Positions 38,948 to 48,065 of a DNA stretch of 64,000 bases are shown here, in pieces. Under the pieces are notes generated by a model. It was not told where the DNA came from. It was given only the letters and a program-made list of their open reading frames with translations, and searched no databases. Origin of the DNA: Gemmatimonas sp. (GTDB lineage Bacteria > Gemmatimonadota > Gemmatimonadetes > Gemmatimonadales > Gemmatimonadaceae); the NCBI GenBank assembly GCA_031414535.1, contig JANNVQ010000029.1:128001-192000 (forward strand), read 5' to 3'. Both the position numbers and the translations under genes were made by a program. Each line of letters begins with the position of its first letter. The stretch's first letter is position 1.

Positions 38948-40162
38948 ATGACTCGTCACGCCCTGTTCGCCTTCGCAGCGCTTTCCGTGCTCGGCACTGC
39001 CTGTTCGGACTCCGGTAGTCCCGTTATCGATGACACGCCGTCGTCTACCATTGTCCCGACGCTCACGCGCGTGGTGCTGCTGTCGGGCCGCAGCAATCCC
39101 TGGGACATGGCCTTCGCATCCGACGGCACGATGTTCTTCACGGAGAAGTGCGGTGGACTCTCCGTGCGGCGGACGGATGGCTCCATCACCAAGCTCTTTG
39201 GCCCAGGCGGCGCACTGACAGCGCCGGACTTCTTCTGCGCGGGCCAAAGCGGCATGCACGGCGTAGCACTCGATCCGGCCTTCGCCACGAATCGGCGCAT
39301 CTACGTATTTATGGCCTCGAACCTCACGACGTCGCCGCGCAGCAATCGCGTGGTACGCCTTGAGGTGAATGCCGCATACACGAGCGTCAGTGCGCGCACC
39401 GACATCATCACGGACATCGCCTTCAAGAATGCCGCCACGGCCAATGGCGGCGAAGGCTCCCACAGCGGAGGGCGCATTCGCTTTGGTCCAGACGGCTTTC
39501 TCTACGTCACCACGGGCGACAACCACAGCGGGAGCTTGCCGCAGAGCCCAACACTGCTTGGCGGGAAAGTTCTCCGAGTGACGACGACAGGAACTGCGGC
39601 GCCAGGCAACAACGCGCCCGCTGGCTTCGATGCCCGCATCTACACCTACGGGCACCGCAACGTGCAGGGCATCACCTTCCGCCAAGGCACGGGACAGCCA
39701 TTCGTCTCTGAGCACGGCCCCAATCACAGCGATGAAGTCACGCCGCTCGTATCAGGCGGGAATGGCGGCTGGGATCCGCAGAACCGCGCCGGCCTCAGTT
39801 GCCCCGACGGCTACTGTGGCTATTCAGGAAACGCCAGCACGATGCCGATGACGGATCGCACGCGATTTCCCTCGGCTATGCTGCCGAGCTGGACCAACAC
39901 CGGGCAGTCGCAGGGCATGGGGCCCGCCACATTTCTGAATGGGCCGCAGTGGGGCGCGTGGAACGGGCGGCTCGCGGTGGGCATTATGGGCGGCCAGCGA
40001 CTCGTCATCCTCGACCTCAACGCGGCCGGCATCGCAGTAGAGGCGACGAATGCGCCATTGCCGGCGGTGAGATATCGCGCGCTGGTGCAGGGGCCCGATG
40101 GCGACTTGTACGTGGCTACGGATGCCGGAGAGATTTGGCGGGTGACGCCGTCGGGAAGCTAA
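38948..40162 (+). CDS. PQQ-dependent glucose/sorbosone dehydrogenase family lipoprotein
   Basis: Lipobox LGTAC; PWDMAF, HSGGRIRFGPDGFLYVTTGD, YGHRNVQG, EHGP, QGPDGDLYVATD. Confidence 0.9.
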   Translation: MTRHALFAFAALSVLGTACSDSGSPVIDDTPSSTIVPTLTRVVLLSGRSNPWDMAFASDGTMFFTEKCGGLSVRRTDGSITKLFGPGGALTAPDFFCAGQSGMHGVALDPAFATNRRIYVFMASNLTTSPRSNRVVRLEVNAAYTSVSARTDIITDIAFKNAATANGGEGSHSGGRIRFGPDGFLYVTTGDNHSGSLPQSPTLLGGKVLRVTTTGTAAPGNNAPAGFDARIYTYGHRNVQGITFRQGTGQPFVSEHGPNHSDEVTPLVSGGNGGWDPQNRAGLSCPDGYCGYSGNASTMPMTDRTRFPSAMLPSWTNTGQSQGMGPATFLNGPQWGAWNGRLAVGIMGGQRLVILDLNAAGIAVEATNAPLPAVRYRALVQGPDGDLYVATDAGEIWRVTPSGS

Positions 40163-40211
40163 GGCACGAGCTCTAAGAATCAAGCGAGAGCGGCGCTGGC
40201 TATCTTTCCGC

Positions 40212-41432
40212 ATGGTCATTGCGCGTCAGTTGCCACTTCTTGCCGCCGCCGTTCTCGTCACGGGTTCTCCATTTGTTGGCCGCGCCCAGGACGAGCCACC
40301 GCAGCGCGGTGAAGGCTCCGTCGTCTCCTACAGCGCGCGCCCAGACGTCGCGGTGACGCTCAGCGGATATCTCCAAGCCGATGGCCGTTGGCTCTCCGGC
40401 GCCACGCAAGTTCTCCCCGATGGCTTCGTGCTCAGACGAGCGCGCTTCATCGTGGACGCCACTTTGCCAAGCGGCTGGCACCTTCGCCTTCAGCCAGACT
40501 TCGGTCAGGGCCGCGTCGTCGTTCAGGACGCCTATGTTGGACTCGAACGCGCCGGGATGTTGTTGCGCGTCGGCCGCTTCCGCCCGAACTACGGTCTGGA
40601 GCGCATGCAGTCCTCAAGCACGCTGCTGTTTCCCGAGCGCTCGCTCATCAACTCCTTGGTACCGAGCCGTTCGTTCGGCACGCAGCTGCGTGTAACCCGT
40701 GGTGCTTGGACCGTGGCCACGGGAGGTTTCCGCACGCCCATCGGTACGGATGCCGCGGCGATTGATACTGACGGCGACGTAGAAGCGACTATTGGCTCAG
40801 GTCACGATCTGTTGCTGCGCACGGCTTGGGCTTGGCGCCGAGAAGCGAGCTACGCGGACGTGCAGGTGTCGATACTCGAGGGCCGTGAGCGCGGTTCCCT
40901 CGACTCTCCGGCCATGGCCCGTATTCTTACAGTGGGGCAGCAGCCCATCGCGGCCTTCCGCAACGACGGGACTGCTGCCGGTACCGTGGTCTCATCCGGC
41001 ACGCGCCGTCGCGCGGCAGCGGGTGCCATCGTCGGCACGGGACGCACGATGCTCGCGCTCGAGGGCGCAATGCTCAGCCAGCGCGGTGCGCTCAATGGCG
41101 TGGCGGGAAGCGTGACGACGATGGGCTACGTCCTGCGCACGCATCGTGTGTGGAACGGGCGCCAGTTGCCCTCGCAGGATATCGTGCCCGCATCGGTGCG
41201 CGGCGCGTTTGAAGCCGGCCTGCGCGTCGGCGCGCTCGGCAACTGGGGCGATGGCGCGGGAACCCTCCTGAGCGCAAGATCTGAGCGACGTGCAGCGAGC
41301 GCCGGTATCGCCTTCGGATGGGTGCCGAGCTCGCTTACGCGTCTCTCAATGTCGTATGATGCCACAGCAACCGACCGCCTGCGGCGAGTGAAGGAGCACG
41401 CGTTGATGTTCCGCGTGCAGCAGGCGTTCTGA
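40212..41432 (+). CDS. Phosphate-selective porin OprO/OprP family
   Basis: GYLQADG, LRRAR, QPDFG, QDAY, GLERMQSS..LLFPERS; C-terminal aromatic strand ending QAF. Confidence 0.8.
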   Translation: MVIARQLPLLAAAVLVTGSPFVGRAQDEPPQRGEGSVVSYSARPDVAVTLSGYLQADGRWLSGATQVLPDGFVLRRARFIVDATLPSGWHLRLQPDFGQGRVVVQDAYVGLERAGMLLRVGRFRPNYGLERMQSSSTLLFPERSLINSLVPSRSFGTQLRVTRGAWTVATGGFRTPIGTDAAAIDTDGDVEATIGSGHDLLLRTAWAWRREASYADVQVSILEGRERGSLDSPAMARILTVGQQPIAAFRNDGTAAGTVVSSGTRRRAAAGAIVGTGRTMLALEGAMLSQRGALNGVAGSVTTMGYVLRTHRVWNGRQLPSQDIVPASVRGAFEAGLRVGALGNWGDGAGTLLSARSERRAASAGIAFGWVPSSLTRLSMSYDATATDRLRRVKEHALMFRVQQAF

Positions 41433-41472
41433 ATTCGTAGTAGGCTTCCATAACCCGCACGGAGCTTGCCCA

Positions 41473-43227
41473 ATGATTCGCACCGGCCTCGCCCTCGCCG
41501 CCCGTACACCGCGCGCGGCAATTCTAGGTGCCCTACTCGTGAGCGCACCGATCATGAGCGCAGCCGACCTCCACGCGCAGCAGGTGCGCGTGACCTTGCC
41601 AGCCAGCCGCGCCACCGCGCCGCTCGATGGTCGCGTCCTCTTCTTCATCTCCGCAGACACCACCGGTGAGCCGCGCTTCCAACTCGGCGATGGTGTCGGC
41701 ACCGCACAGGTGTTCGGTGTTGATGTTGACGGACTGCGTCCTGGCAGCAGCGCAACCTTAGACGCTTCGGCCTTCGGATATCCGCTCAGTTCACTGCGCG
41801 AGCTCCCACCGGGACGCTACCGTGTGCAAGCACTGATCAATCGCTACGAGACCTTCCGTCGTAGCGATGGCCATACGGTCAGACTTCCGCCCGACCGCGG
41901 AGAAGGGCAGCAGTACGCGCGCAAGCCTGGCAATCTCTACTCACGCCCGCAGAACGTGACCATCGGCGCCAATAGTCGCATCGCGCTCGAGCTCAGCGAA
42001 GAGATTCCGCCGGTTGCTGACTTCGCACGCTTGGAGACCAAGTATGTGAAGCACGTTCGTGTCCGCTCGGAACGTCTCTCGGCGTTCTGGGGCACCGATA
42101 TGTACTTGGGGGCTTGGGTGCTACTGCCCGAAGGACACGACTCGCATCCCGATGCGCGCTATCCCGTGGTCATCAACCATGGGCATTTCCCCTCGAGCGT
42201 AGATGGCTGGAGGGAGACGCCACCGGACTCCACGCTCGCGCCGGACTTCTCGGCGCGCTTCAATCTTGCAGGCTACAATCGCATCCAGCAGCAGCTCTCC
42301 TACCAGTTCTATCGCGATTGGACGGGAGCAGGATTCCCCCGCGTGCTCCTCGTGCAGATCCAGCACGCCACGCCCTTTTACGACGACTCCTACGCCGTCA
42401 ACTCGGCGAACAACGGACCCTACGGCGACGCCATCATGTACGAGTTGATTCCTGAAATCGAACGTCGCTTCCGCGGCATCGGTCAGGGCTGGGCGCGCTT
42501 CACCTACGGCGGATCCACCGGCGGGTGGGAAGCGATGGCCGTGCAGATGTTTTATCCCGACCTCTTTAATGGCGCTTGGGTCGCGTGCCCCGATCCCATC
42601 TCGTTCCGTCACTACACGGTCGTGGACATCTACAAGGATCGGAACGCGTACTATCAGGAAGGGCCGTTCAGGCGCGTGGCGCGACCGGGTCAGCGCAATT
42701 ATCTCGGTCACCTCTCCACCACGCTCGAGCAGTCGAACCACCGCGAGCTCGCATTGGGCACGCGCTCACGCTCCGGCGATCAGTGGGATGTGTGGCAGTC
42801 CGTGTACTCGCCTGTGGGCGCCGATGGATATCCGGCACCAATCTGGGACAAGCGCACGGGCGTGATTGATACCACCGTGGCCGCGTACTGGCGTGAGAAC
42901 TTTGACCTCGCGCACATCCTCCGCCGCGACTGGGCCACGCTGGGACCTAAGGTGCGCGGCAAGTTGCGCATCTACGTGGGCGATATGGATAACTATTACC
43001 TCAACAATGCCGTGTATGAGGTAGAGGAGTTCCTCAAAAGCGCCAATCCGCCAGCGGATGCCGTGGTGGATTATGGCGACCGCGCCGAGCATTGTTGGAA
43101 TGGCGATCATACGCGGTCCAATGCGTACACGCGGCTGCGTTATCCGCAGATGGTGCTGCCGTGGGCGGTGGAGCGCATGCTACTCACGGCGCCAGCGGGC
43201 GCGGACTTGAGGAGCTGGCGGTACTGA
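41473..43227 (+). CDS. Secreted alpha/beta-hydrolase (putative esterase family)
   Basis: Signal peptide; GGSTGG elbow; NSANNGPYGDA; VGDMDNYYL; AEHC. Confidence 0.8.
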   Translation: MIRTGLALAARTPRAAILGALLVSAPIMSAADLHAQQVRVTLPASRATAPLDGRVLFFISADTTGEPRFQLGDGVGTAQVFGVDVDGLRPGSSATLDASAFGYPLSSLRELPPGRYRVQALINRYETFRRSDGHTVRLPPDRGEGQQYARKPGNLYSRPQNVTIGANSRIALELSEEIPPVADFARLETKYVKHVRVRSERLSAFWGTDMYLGAWVLLPEGHDSHPDARYPVVINHGHFPSSVDGWRETPPDSTLAPDFSARFNLAGYNRIQQQLSYQFYRDWTGAGFPRVLLVQIQHATPFYDDSYAVNSANNGPYGDAIMYELIPEIERRFRGIGQGWARFTYGGSTGGWEAMAVQMFYPDLFNGAWVACPDPISFRHYTVVDIYKDRNAYYQEGPFRRVARPGQRNYLGHLSTTLEQSNHRELALGTRSRSGDQWDVWQSVYSPVGADGYPAPIWDKRTGVIDTTVAAYWRENFDLAHILRRDWATLGPKVRGKLRIYVGDMDNYYLNNAVYEVEEFLKSANPPADAVVDYGDRAEHCWNGDHTRSNAYTRLRYPQMVLPWAVERMLLTAPAGADLRSWRY

Positions 43228-44224
43228 GCACCACGCGAAACCCGATGTGTGAGGCTCCGGTGTCGGGCGCGCCGGTGCCGCGAGCACTGACGCGGTAGCC
43301 GCGGCAGTACACATCGCTGCAGAGGAAGGACCCACCGCGAATCACGCGCTGTGTGCTCGCTTGGTTCTCGCTCGGATCACGCGGCACGCCAACCGCTGCG
43401 TGGCGGAGATACGTATCGGGTGCATACCAGTCTGCCGTCCACTGCCAGACGTTGCCCGACATATCGTGCAGCCCGTAGCCATTCGGCGGATAACTACCCA
43501 CCGCCACCGGCTCGGCGGGATGCAGCGGAAAGGTCCCATTGTAGATGTGCGCCTGCGGGTGGGCGGAATCGTGCGCGGCATCTCCCCACGCGTGCGGCTT
43601 GCCCTCAAGTCCACCACGCGCGGCGTACTCCCACTCCGCTTCCGTGGGAAGCCGCCCGCCTGCCCAGTCTGCGTATGCTACGGCATCCTCCCAGGCGATT
43701 TGCACGACGGGATGCCGCTCCTTGCCACTGAGATTGCTTTCCGGGCCGAGCGGATGGCGCCAGCTCGCACCGGGGACCCAACGCCACCAGCGATTCACAT
43801 CACGGAGGTCCACCTCGCCGCTGGCTGGCGTGAACACGAGCGAGCCCGGCACGAGCAACTCTGGTGCTGGCGGCGGCGTACCTGGCGGCATTCCGCGCAT
43901 GATCTCGTCGAGCTTAGGCGTACGCTCGGCGACCGTGACGTACTTGGTGGCGCCTACGAAGCGCGCGTACTCCTCGTTAGTCACGGCATTCACGGACATA
44001 AAGAATCCGCTCACACGCACGCGATGCACGGGTTGTTCGTGCGGAAGCGCGAACGGTCCATCGTCACCCATGGAGAAGGTGCCGCCGGGAATCCAGACCA
44101 TTCCCTCAGGTGCTGGGCTCGGTGCCAGTGCGGAGTCGCGGGCGTCTTCGCTCGGGGCGCAGCTCACGAGGCTGGTCACGACCAGCATCAGAGTCCAAAG
44201 GCTAAGCCGAGTCGCGATGGGCAT
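43184..44224 (-). CDS. Formylglycine-generating enzyme (SUMF1/FGE), lipoprotein
   Basis: RLPTEAEWEYAARGG, NGYGLHDMSGNVWQW, RGGSFLCSDVYCRGYRVSAR with both catalytic Cys, HIGFR. Confidence 0.92.
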   Translation of the reverse strand: MPIATRLSLWTLMLVVTSLVSCAPSEDARDSALAPSPAPEGMVWIPGGTFSMGDDGPFALPHEQPVHRVRVSGFFMSVNAVTNEEYARFVGATKYVTVAERTPKLDEIMRGMPPGTPPPAPELLVPGSLVFTPASGEVDLRDVNRWWRWVPGASWRHPLGPESNLSGKERHPVVQIAWEDAVAYADWAGGRLPTEAEWEYAARGGLEGKPHAWGDAAHDSAHPQAHIYNGTFPLHPAEPVAVGSYPPNGYGLHDMSGNVWQWTADWYAPDTYLRHAAVGVPRDPSENQASTQRVIRGGSFLCSDVYCRGYRVSARGTGAPDTGASHIGFRVVLSTASSSSPRPLAP

Positions 44225-44269
44225 GTCCCGAATCTAGCGCCCAGCCTCAAGGCGGCGTAACGTTGCCAC

Positions 44270-45706
44270 GTGACCAGCCGCCTACGCCTTTTGAAGTTCG
44301 CTCTCGTCATTTGCGCGCTCGTGGGCTTGGGATGCCAGCCCGCTGAGGAGCCGCGTCCCAACATCGTCTTTGTGCTCGTGGACGATTTGCGTTGGGATGA
44401 TATGGCTATCGCCGGCCAGCCGTTCGTGGAAACGCCCAATATTGATCGCCTTGCGAACGACGGCGCGCGTTTCCTGAATGCCTTTGCCAGCACGCCGCTG
44501 TGTTCGCCGAGCCGCGCGAGCATTCTCACGGGCCAGTACGTGCGCACGAATGGCATCGTAGACAACACCGCGCGTGACTCCGCGAGCCATCGGCTGGCGA
44601 CCTTTGCGATTCCGCTCAAGGATGCTGGCTACCGCACAGGATTCTTTGGCAAGTGGCACATGGGCAACGACGATTCACCGCGGCCCGGCTGGTCGCGCTG
44701 GGTTGCGATGCGAGGGCAGGGTGAGGCGGTTGATCCTTCGCTCAATTTTGATGGGACGCGGCGCGTGGTTCCGGGTTACGTCACGGACGTGCTCACGGAT
44801 CAGGTCGTCGGCTTTATGACGGATTCCAGCGAGGCACCATTCATGGTGTTCCTCGCGCACAAGGCGCTGCATCCCAACATCGTGCAGGCAAACGACGGCA
44901 GACGTGGGGCGATGGCCGCGGGACAGCCTGAAGGATTCGTGCCTGCGCCGCGCCACGTGGGGCGCTATGCGGATGCCGTGGTGCCGCGTCGTCCGAATGC
45001 CTTGGTGGCGCCCGTTGGTAAGCCGGCGCTGCTGCGTAGCATCCCCGGGCTTCCACCTTTATCGCCCGCAACGGGCACCAAGGATCGCGACATCCGGGCT
45101 CGGCTGGAGATGTTGCTCGCGGTGGATGAATCACTGGGCCGGATCGTCGCGACGCTCGACTCACTTGGGCAGCTCGAGAACACGATTATCGTGCTCACGA
45201 GCGATCACGGATATTTCTATGGCGAGCACGGGCTCGACCAGGAGCGTCGGCTGGCCTACGAGGAGACGGCGCGGATTCCGCTGATCGTACGTTTTCCGCG
45301 GGTAGCGCGCGCCGGTAGCACGCCAGCGCAGATGGTGCAGACCATCGACCTTGCCTCAACTTTGCTCGCACTCGCTGGCGTTGGCGATTCGGTTCCGCGG
45401 CAAGGCACGTCGTTGGTCCCCGTTCTTGATGGCAGCGTAAGCACGTGGCGCAAGTCGGTGCTCCTCGAGTACTACTCGGATATCGTCTTCCCGCGCATGC
45501 TGACGATGGGCTACGACGCGGTGCGCACGGAGCGGTACACCTACATCGAGTATCGCGAGTTGCCGGGGATGGAGGAGCTGTACGACCTCGAGACGGATCC
45601 GTATCAGATGGAGAATCTGATGGGGAGTGCTAAGGGCGACTCGTTGTTGCCGATGGTGCGGGCCGAGCTTGGGCGTTTGCGGCAGGGGGCGTTGCCGGCG
45701 CGGTAG
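44270..45706 (+). CDS. Cys-type sulfatase (GlcNAc-6-sulfatase-like), lipoprotein
   Basis: PNIVFVLVDD, CSPSRASILTG, GKWHMG, TSDHG, ELYDLETDPYQMENL. Confidence 0.93.
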   Translation: MTSRLRLLKFALVICALVGLGCQPAEEPRPNIVFVLVDDLRWDDMAIAGQPFVETPNIDRLANDGARFLNAFASTPLCSPSRASILTGQYVRTNGIVDNTARDSASHRLATFAIPLKDAGYRTGFFGKWHMGNDDSPRPGWSRWVAMRGQGEAVDPSLNFDGTRRVVPGYVTDVLTDQVVGFMTDSSEAPFMVFLAHKALHPNIVQANDGRRGAMAAGQPEGFVPAPRHVGRYADAVVPRRPNALVAPVGKPALLRSIPGLPPLSPATGTKDRDIRARLEMLLAVDESLGRIVATLDSLGQLENTIIVLTSDHGYFYGEHGLDQERRLAYEETARIPLIVRFPRVARAGSTPAQMVQTIDLASTLLALAGVGDSVPRQGTSLVPVLDGSVSTWRKSVLLEYYSDIVFPRMLTMGYDAVRTERYTYIEYRELPGMEELYDLETDPYQMENLMGSAKGDSLLPMVRAELGRLRQGALPAR

Positions 45707-46562
45707 TGCAGCATGCGACGTTCATCCACCGTTCGGTTGTGCCATCCGCTGTTCCAAGGAGGGCGCCGGCGATGGTGCCTGCCATCGCACTAAGGCCACC
45801 AAGCATAATTGTGTTGTAACCCCCGTCGCCGCTGCCAGCATCCATTACGAGGCCTACAATTCCGCCGAGCAGCAGGCCCGCAAGCGCGCCTCGCCCCGCC
45901 CCGCGCCCAGCTGACTGCGCGCGGGCCGAGCCCATGCTCAGTTCAATGGACTGCGTTGATGAGAGGGGAATCCAATGAAACAGCGCGTGAGGCGGCTCCG
46001 ATGCCACCAAGAGCGTGTCAGAAGCAAACCCTCGCAGCGTTCCAACCGTGACTACAGGCGAAGCGAGCTCCGTGTGCCGCACACGGATGCGTGAGCCGAT
46101 CGGCACGGGAGGCGCCGACGAAGCAGCGCGCTGAATCTCTCCCATCGGCACGGCAGGTGGTGCCGCCGAAGGAACGCGTTGAATCTCTCCTTGAGCCACG
46201 GAGTCGCGAGTCGCCAGCTGGAAGCTGATTTGGCTTTCCCGGAAGCTCCGATGGGCTCCGGTAATGAGATCCACGGGAAGACCGTAGATCATCAACAGAT
46301 TCAATGCCAGAAGTCCGAAGTTGGACTTTGGCACGATTCTCAGTGAGTCACCGGGGTAGCCGTCCAGTGCCGCGCTCAGAGTATGCGGCTGTTTGCGCGC
46401 GACCATCGCAACGACTGGTGTGATACCCAGCGGGACGCCATCCACGGACACCACGGCACCCGGCGGATCGCTCGTGATCAACATCTTTTGCGAGGATCCT
46501 TGGATGATCGTTGCGCATCCGTTCTGCAGCAACAGCAGGGCAGGGAACAACAGCTTCATCAT
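45630..46562 (-). CDS. PEGA-domain lipoprotein with C-terminal glycine-zipper module
   Basis: GGAGG RBS; LQNGCATII; ITSDPPGAVVSVDGVPLGITP; GRGALAGLLLGG; 3' end overlaps the sulfatase gene. Confidence 0.7.
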   Translation of the reverse strand: MMKLLFPALLLLQNGCATIIQGSSQKMLITSDPPGAVVSVDGVPLGITPVVAMVARKQPHTLSAALDGYPGDSLRIVPKSNFGLLALNLLMIYGLPVDLITGAHRSFRESQISFQLATRDSVAQGEIQRVPSAAPPAVPMGEIQRAASSAPPVPIGSRIRVRHTELASPVVTVGTLRGFASDTLLVASEPPHALFHWIPLSSTQSIELSMGSARAQSAGRGAGRGALAGLLLGGIVGLVMDAGSGDGGYNTIMLGGLSAMAGTIAGALLGTADGTTERWMNVACCTTAPATPPAANAQARPAPSATTSRP

Positions 46563-46581
46563 CGGGCCTCCGCAGGTGTTT

Positions 46582-47250
46582 CTACAACATGCGCGCCACG
46601 TAAATCGTGTGCATGGGCCCCGATGTAGGGTGGGCACGCACCCGAAGCCTCTTGACGCCCAGTCCGGCCCGCTCCAACGCTGCCACAAATCCCGGGTCGT
46701 CTCCCACGGACCAGTACGCAATCACCCCGTCGGGCCTGAGCGCCGCCACCGTCGTCGCGATGCCCTTGGCCGCGTAGAGCCGCGAGTTCTCCGACATAAT
46801 CATCCCTTCAGGGCCGTTGTCGGTATCGAGCATGATGGCATCGAACCCGCCCGTTCCAGAGCGGAGCACGTTCGAGACATCATCGTGCACAATGCGCACA
46901 CGCGGGTCGCGCATGGCCTCCGCGGAGAGTGCATACTCGGGGTTGGCATTCCACGCGATGACCTCAGCGAGTAGTTCGGCAACCACGATCTCCGCGTCTG
47001 CACTGAGCTGACGCATAGCCTCTCGCAGCGTGAAGCCGAGACCCAATCCTCCGATGAGCACGCGCGCCCTGGGGCGGTCACGGATTGTTACGCACGCTAC
47101 CTCGGCAAGCCGATCTTCCGAGAAGTGGCGGCGCGTGGACATGAGTTCCACGCCGTCGGCGCGGATGAGATACGCGCCATCGTGCCGCAGCAGCTCCAAA
47201 AGAGTGCCGTCGGGCGTGCGGGCCTCGCCGAGTCGTTGGGTGGGCTTCAG
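46582..47250 (-). CDS. Spermidine-synthase-like SAM-dependent methyltransferase
   Basis: ELMSTRRHFSE, VLIGGLGLGFTL, VVAELLAEV, FDAIMLDTDNGP. The frame extends to (L)KPTQRLGEARTPDG, suggesting a CTG start at 47250. Confidence 0.85.
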   Translation of the reverse strand: MKPTQRLGEARTPDGTLLELLRHDGAYLIRADGVELMSTRRHFSEDRLAEVACVTIRDRPRARVLIGGLGLGFTLREAMRQLSADAEIVVAELLAEVIAWNANPEYALSAEAMRDPRVRIVHDDVSNVLRSGTGGFDAIMLDTDNGPEGMIMSENSRLYAAKGIATTVAALRPDGVIAYWSVGDDPGFVAALERAGLGVKRLRVRAHPTSGPMHTIYVARML

Positions 47251-47276
47251 AGGGCGGCGGTGAACACGCCCGAAAC

Positions 47277-47966
47277 TTAGCGCTTCTCTGGCTGGCGCAT
47301 GGCGAGCAGGACTCGCGTACGAAGGCCGGTCTTTTCCATCGCGCTGCGGACGTGCGACTTGACGGTGTGCGTCGAGATGAGCAGCCGCGCCGCAATGGCC
47401 TTGTTGCCGAGCCCTTCGCGCATGAGTCCGACAATCTCTTGCTCGCGCACCGTCAGCGTGACGGCCACCTGGGCGCGCAGAGGTCCACTTTCCGTTTCGA
47501 CTTCTAATTCCATGCCTTCAGCGGCAATCTGGATGAAGAGCGGCGAAGTCAATGCATCGGGCAGCACGTGCGCACCCTCGGACACGGACTGCACGGTGTC
47601 CACCATCTCGCCTGCTGTGGCGTCCTGCAGCACGAAACCGGAGACGCCGGCCTTCACATAGTCGGCAATGTCTTCGTTGCTCGTCTCCAGGTCTGTGATC
47701 ACGACGCTGGCATCCGGTAGTACACGCCTCGTGGTGACGGCGGCCTTAAGGGAAATCACCTCGTTGTCGCCAGCCTCCACCAGCACGACGTCCGGCTTGA
47801 GCTCGGTGAGCATAGCTATGCTGAGCGTGGCCTCGGCGGAAATGACGGTGACGCCCGGCTCCGCGTTTAGGAGCGCTGCGTGGGCATCGCGGGAAATGCG
47901 GCTGTCGTCAACGAGCGCGACGAGGATTTCACCTTCGGCGGGGCGTTTGAGAGGGATTTCTTTCAT
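47277..47966 (-). CDS. NarL/FixJ-family response regulator (atypical receiver + LuxR HTH)
   Basis: LVDD, PDVVLVE, GFVLQD, LTVREQEIV..GLGNKAIAARLLISTHTVKSHV. Confidence 0.9.
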   Translation of the reverse strand: MKEIPLKRPAEGEILVALVDDSRISRDAHAALLNAEPGVTVISAEATLSIAMLTELKPDVVLVEAGDNEVISLKAAVTTRRVLPDASVVITDLETSNEDIADYVKAGVSGFVLQDATAGEMVDTVQSVSEGAHVLPDALTSPLFIQIAAEGMELEVETESGPLRAQVAVTLTVREQEIVGLMREGLGNKAIAARLLISTHTVKSHVRSAMEKTGLRTRVLLAMRQPEKR

Positions 47967-48002
47967 TTGGCTGATGTTAGCCCGCGCCTTTGGGTGTCGG
48001 TA

Positions 48003-48018
48003 TCATCCCAAAGTATGT
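48003..48018. promoter_or_regulatory. Imperfect inverted repeat upstream of the NarL-family gene (possible regulator box)
   Basis: TCAT-CCCAAAGT-ATGT, about 44 nt upstream of the ATG in an AT-richer gap. Confidence 0.25.
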
Positions 48019-48065
48019 CACTACTTCGCGGGATTGCTTCCCATCCGAGCCGACGGTAAAGCCTG

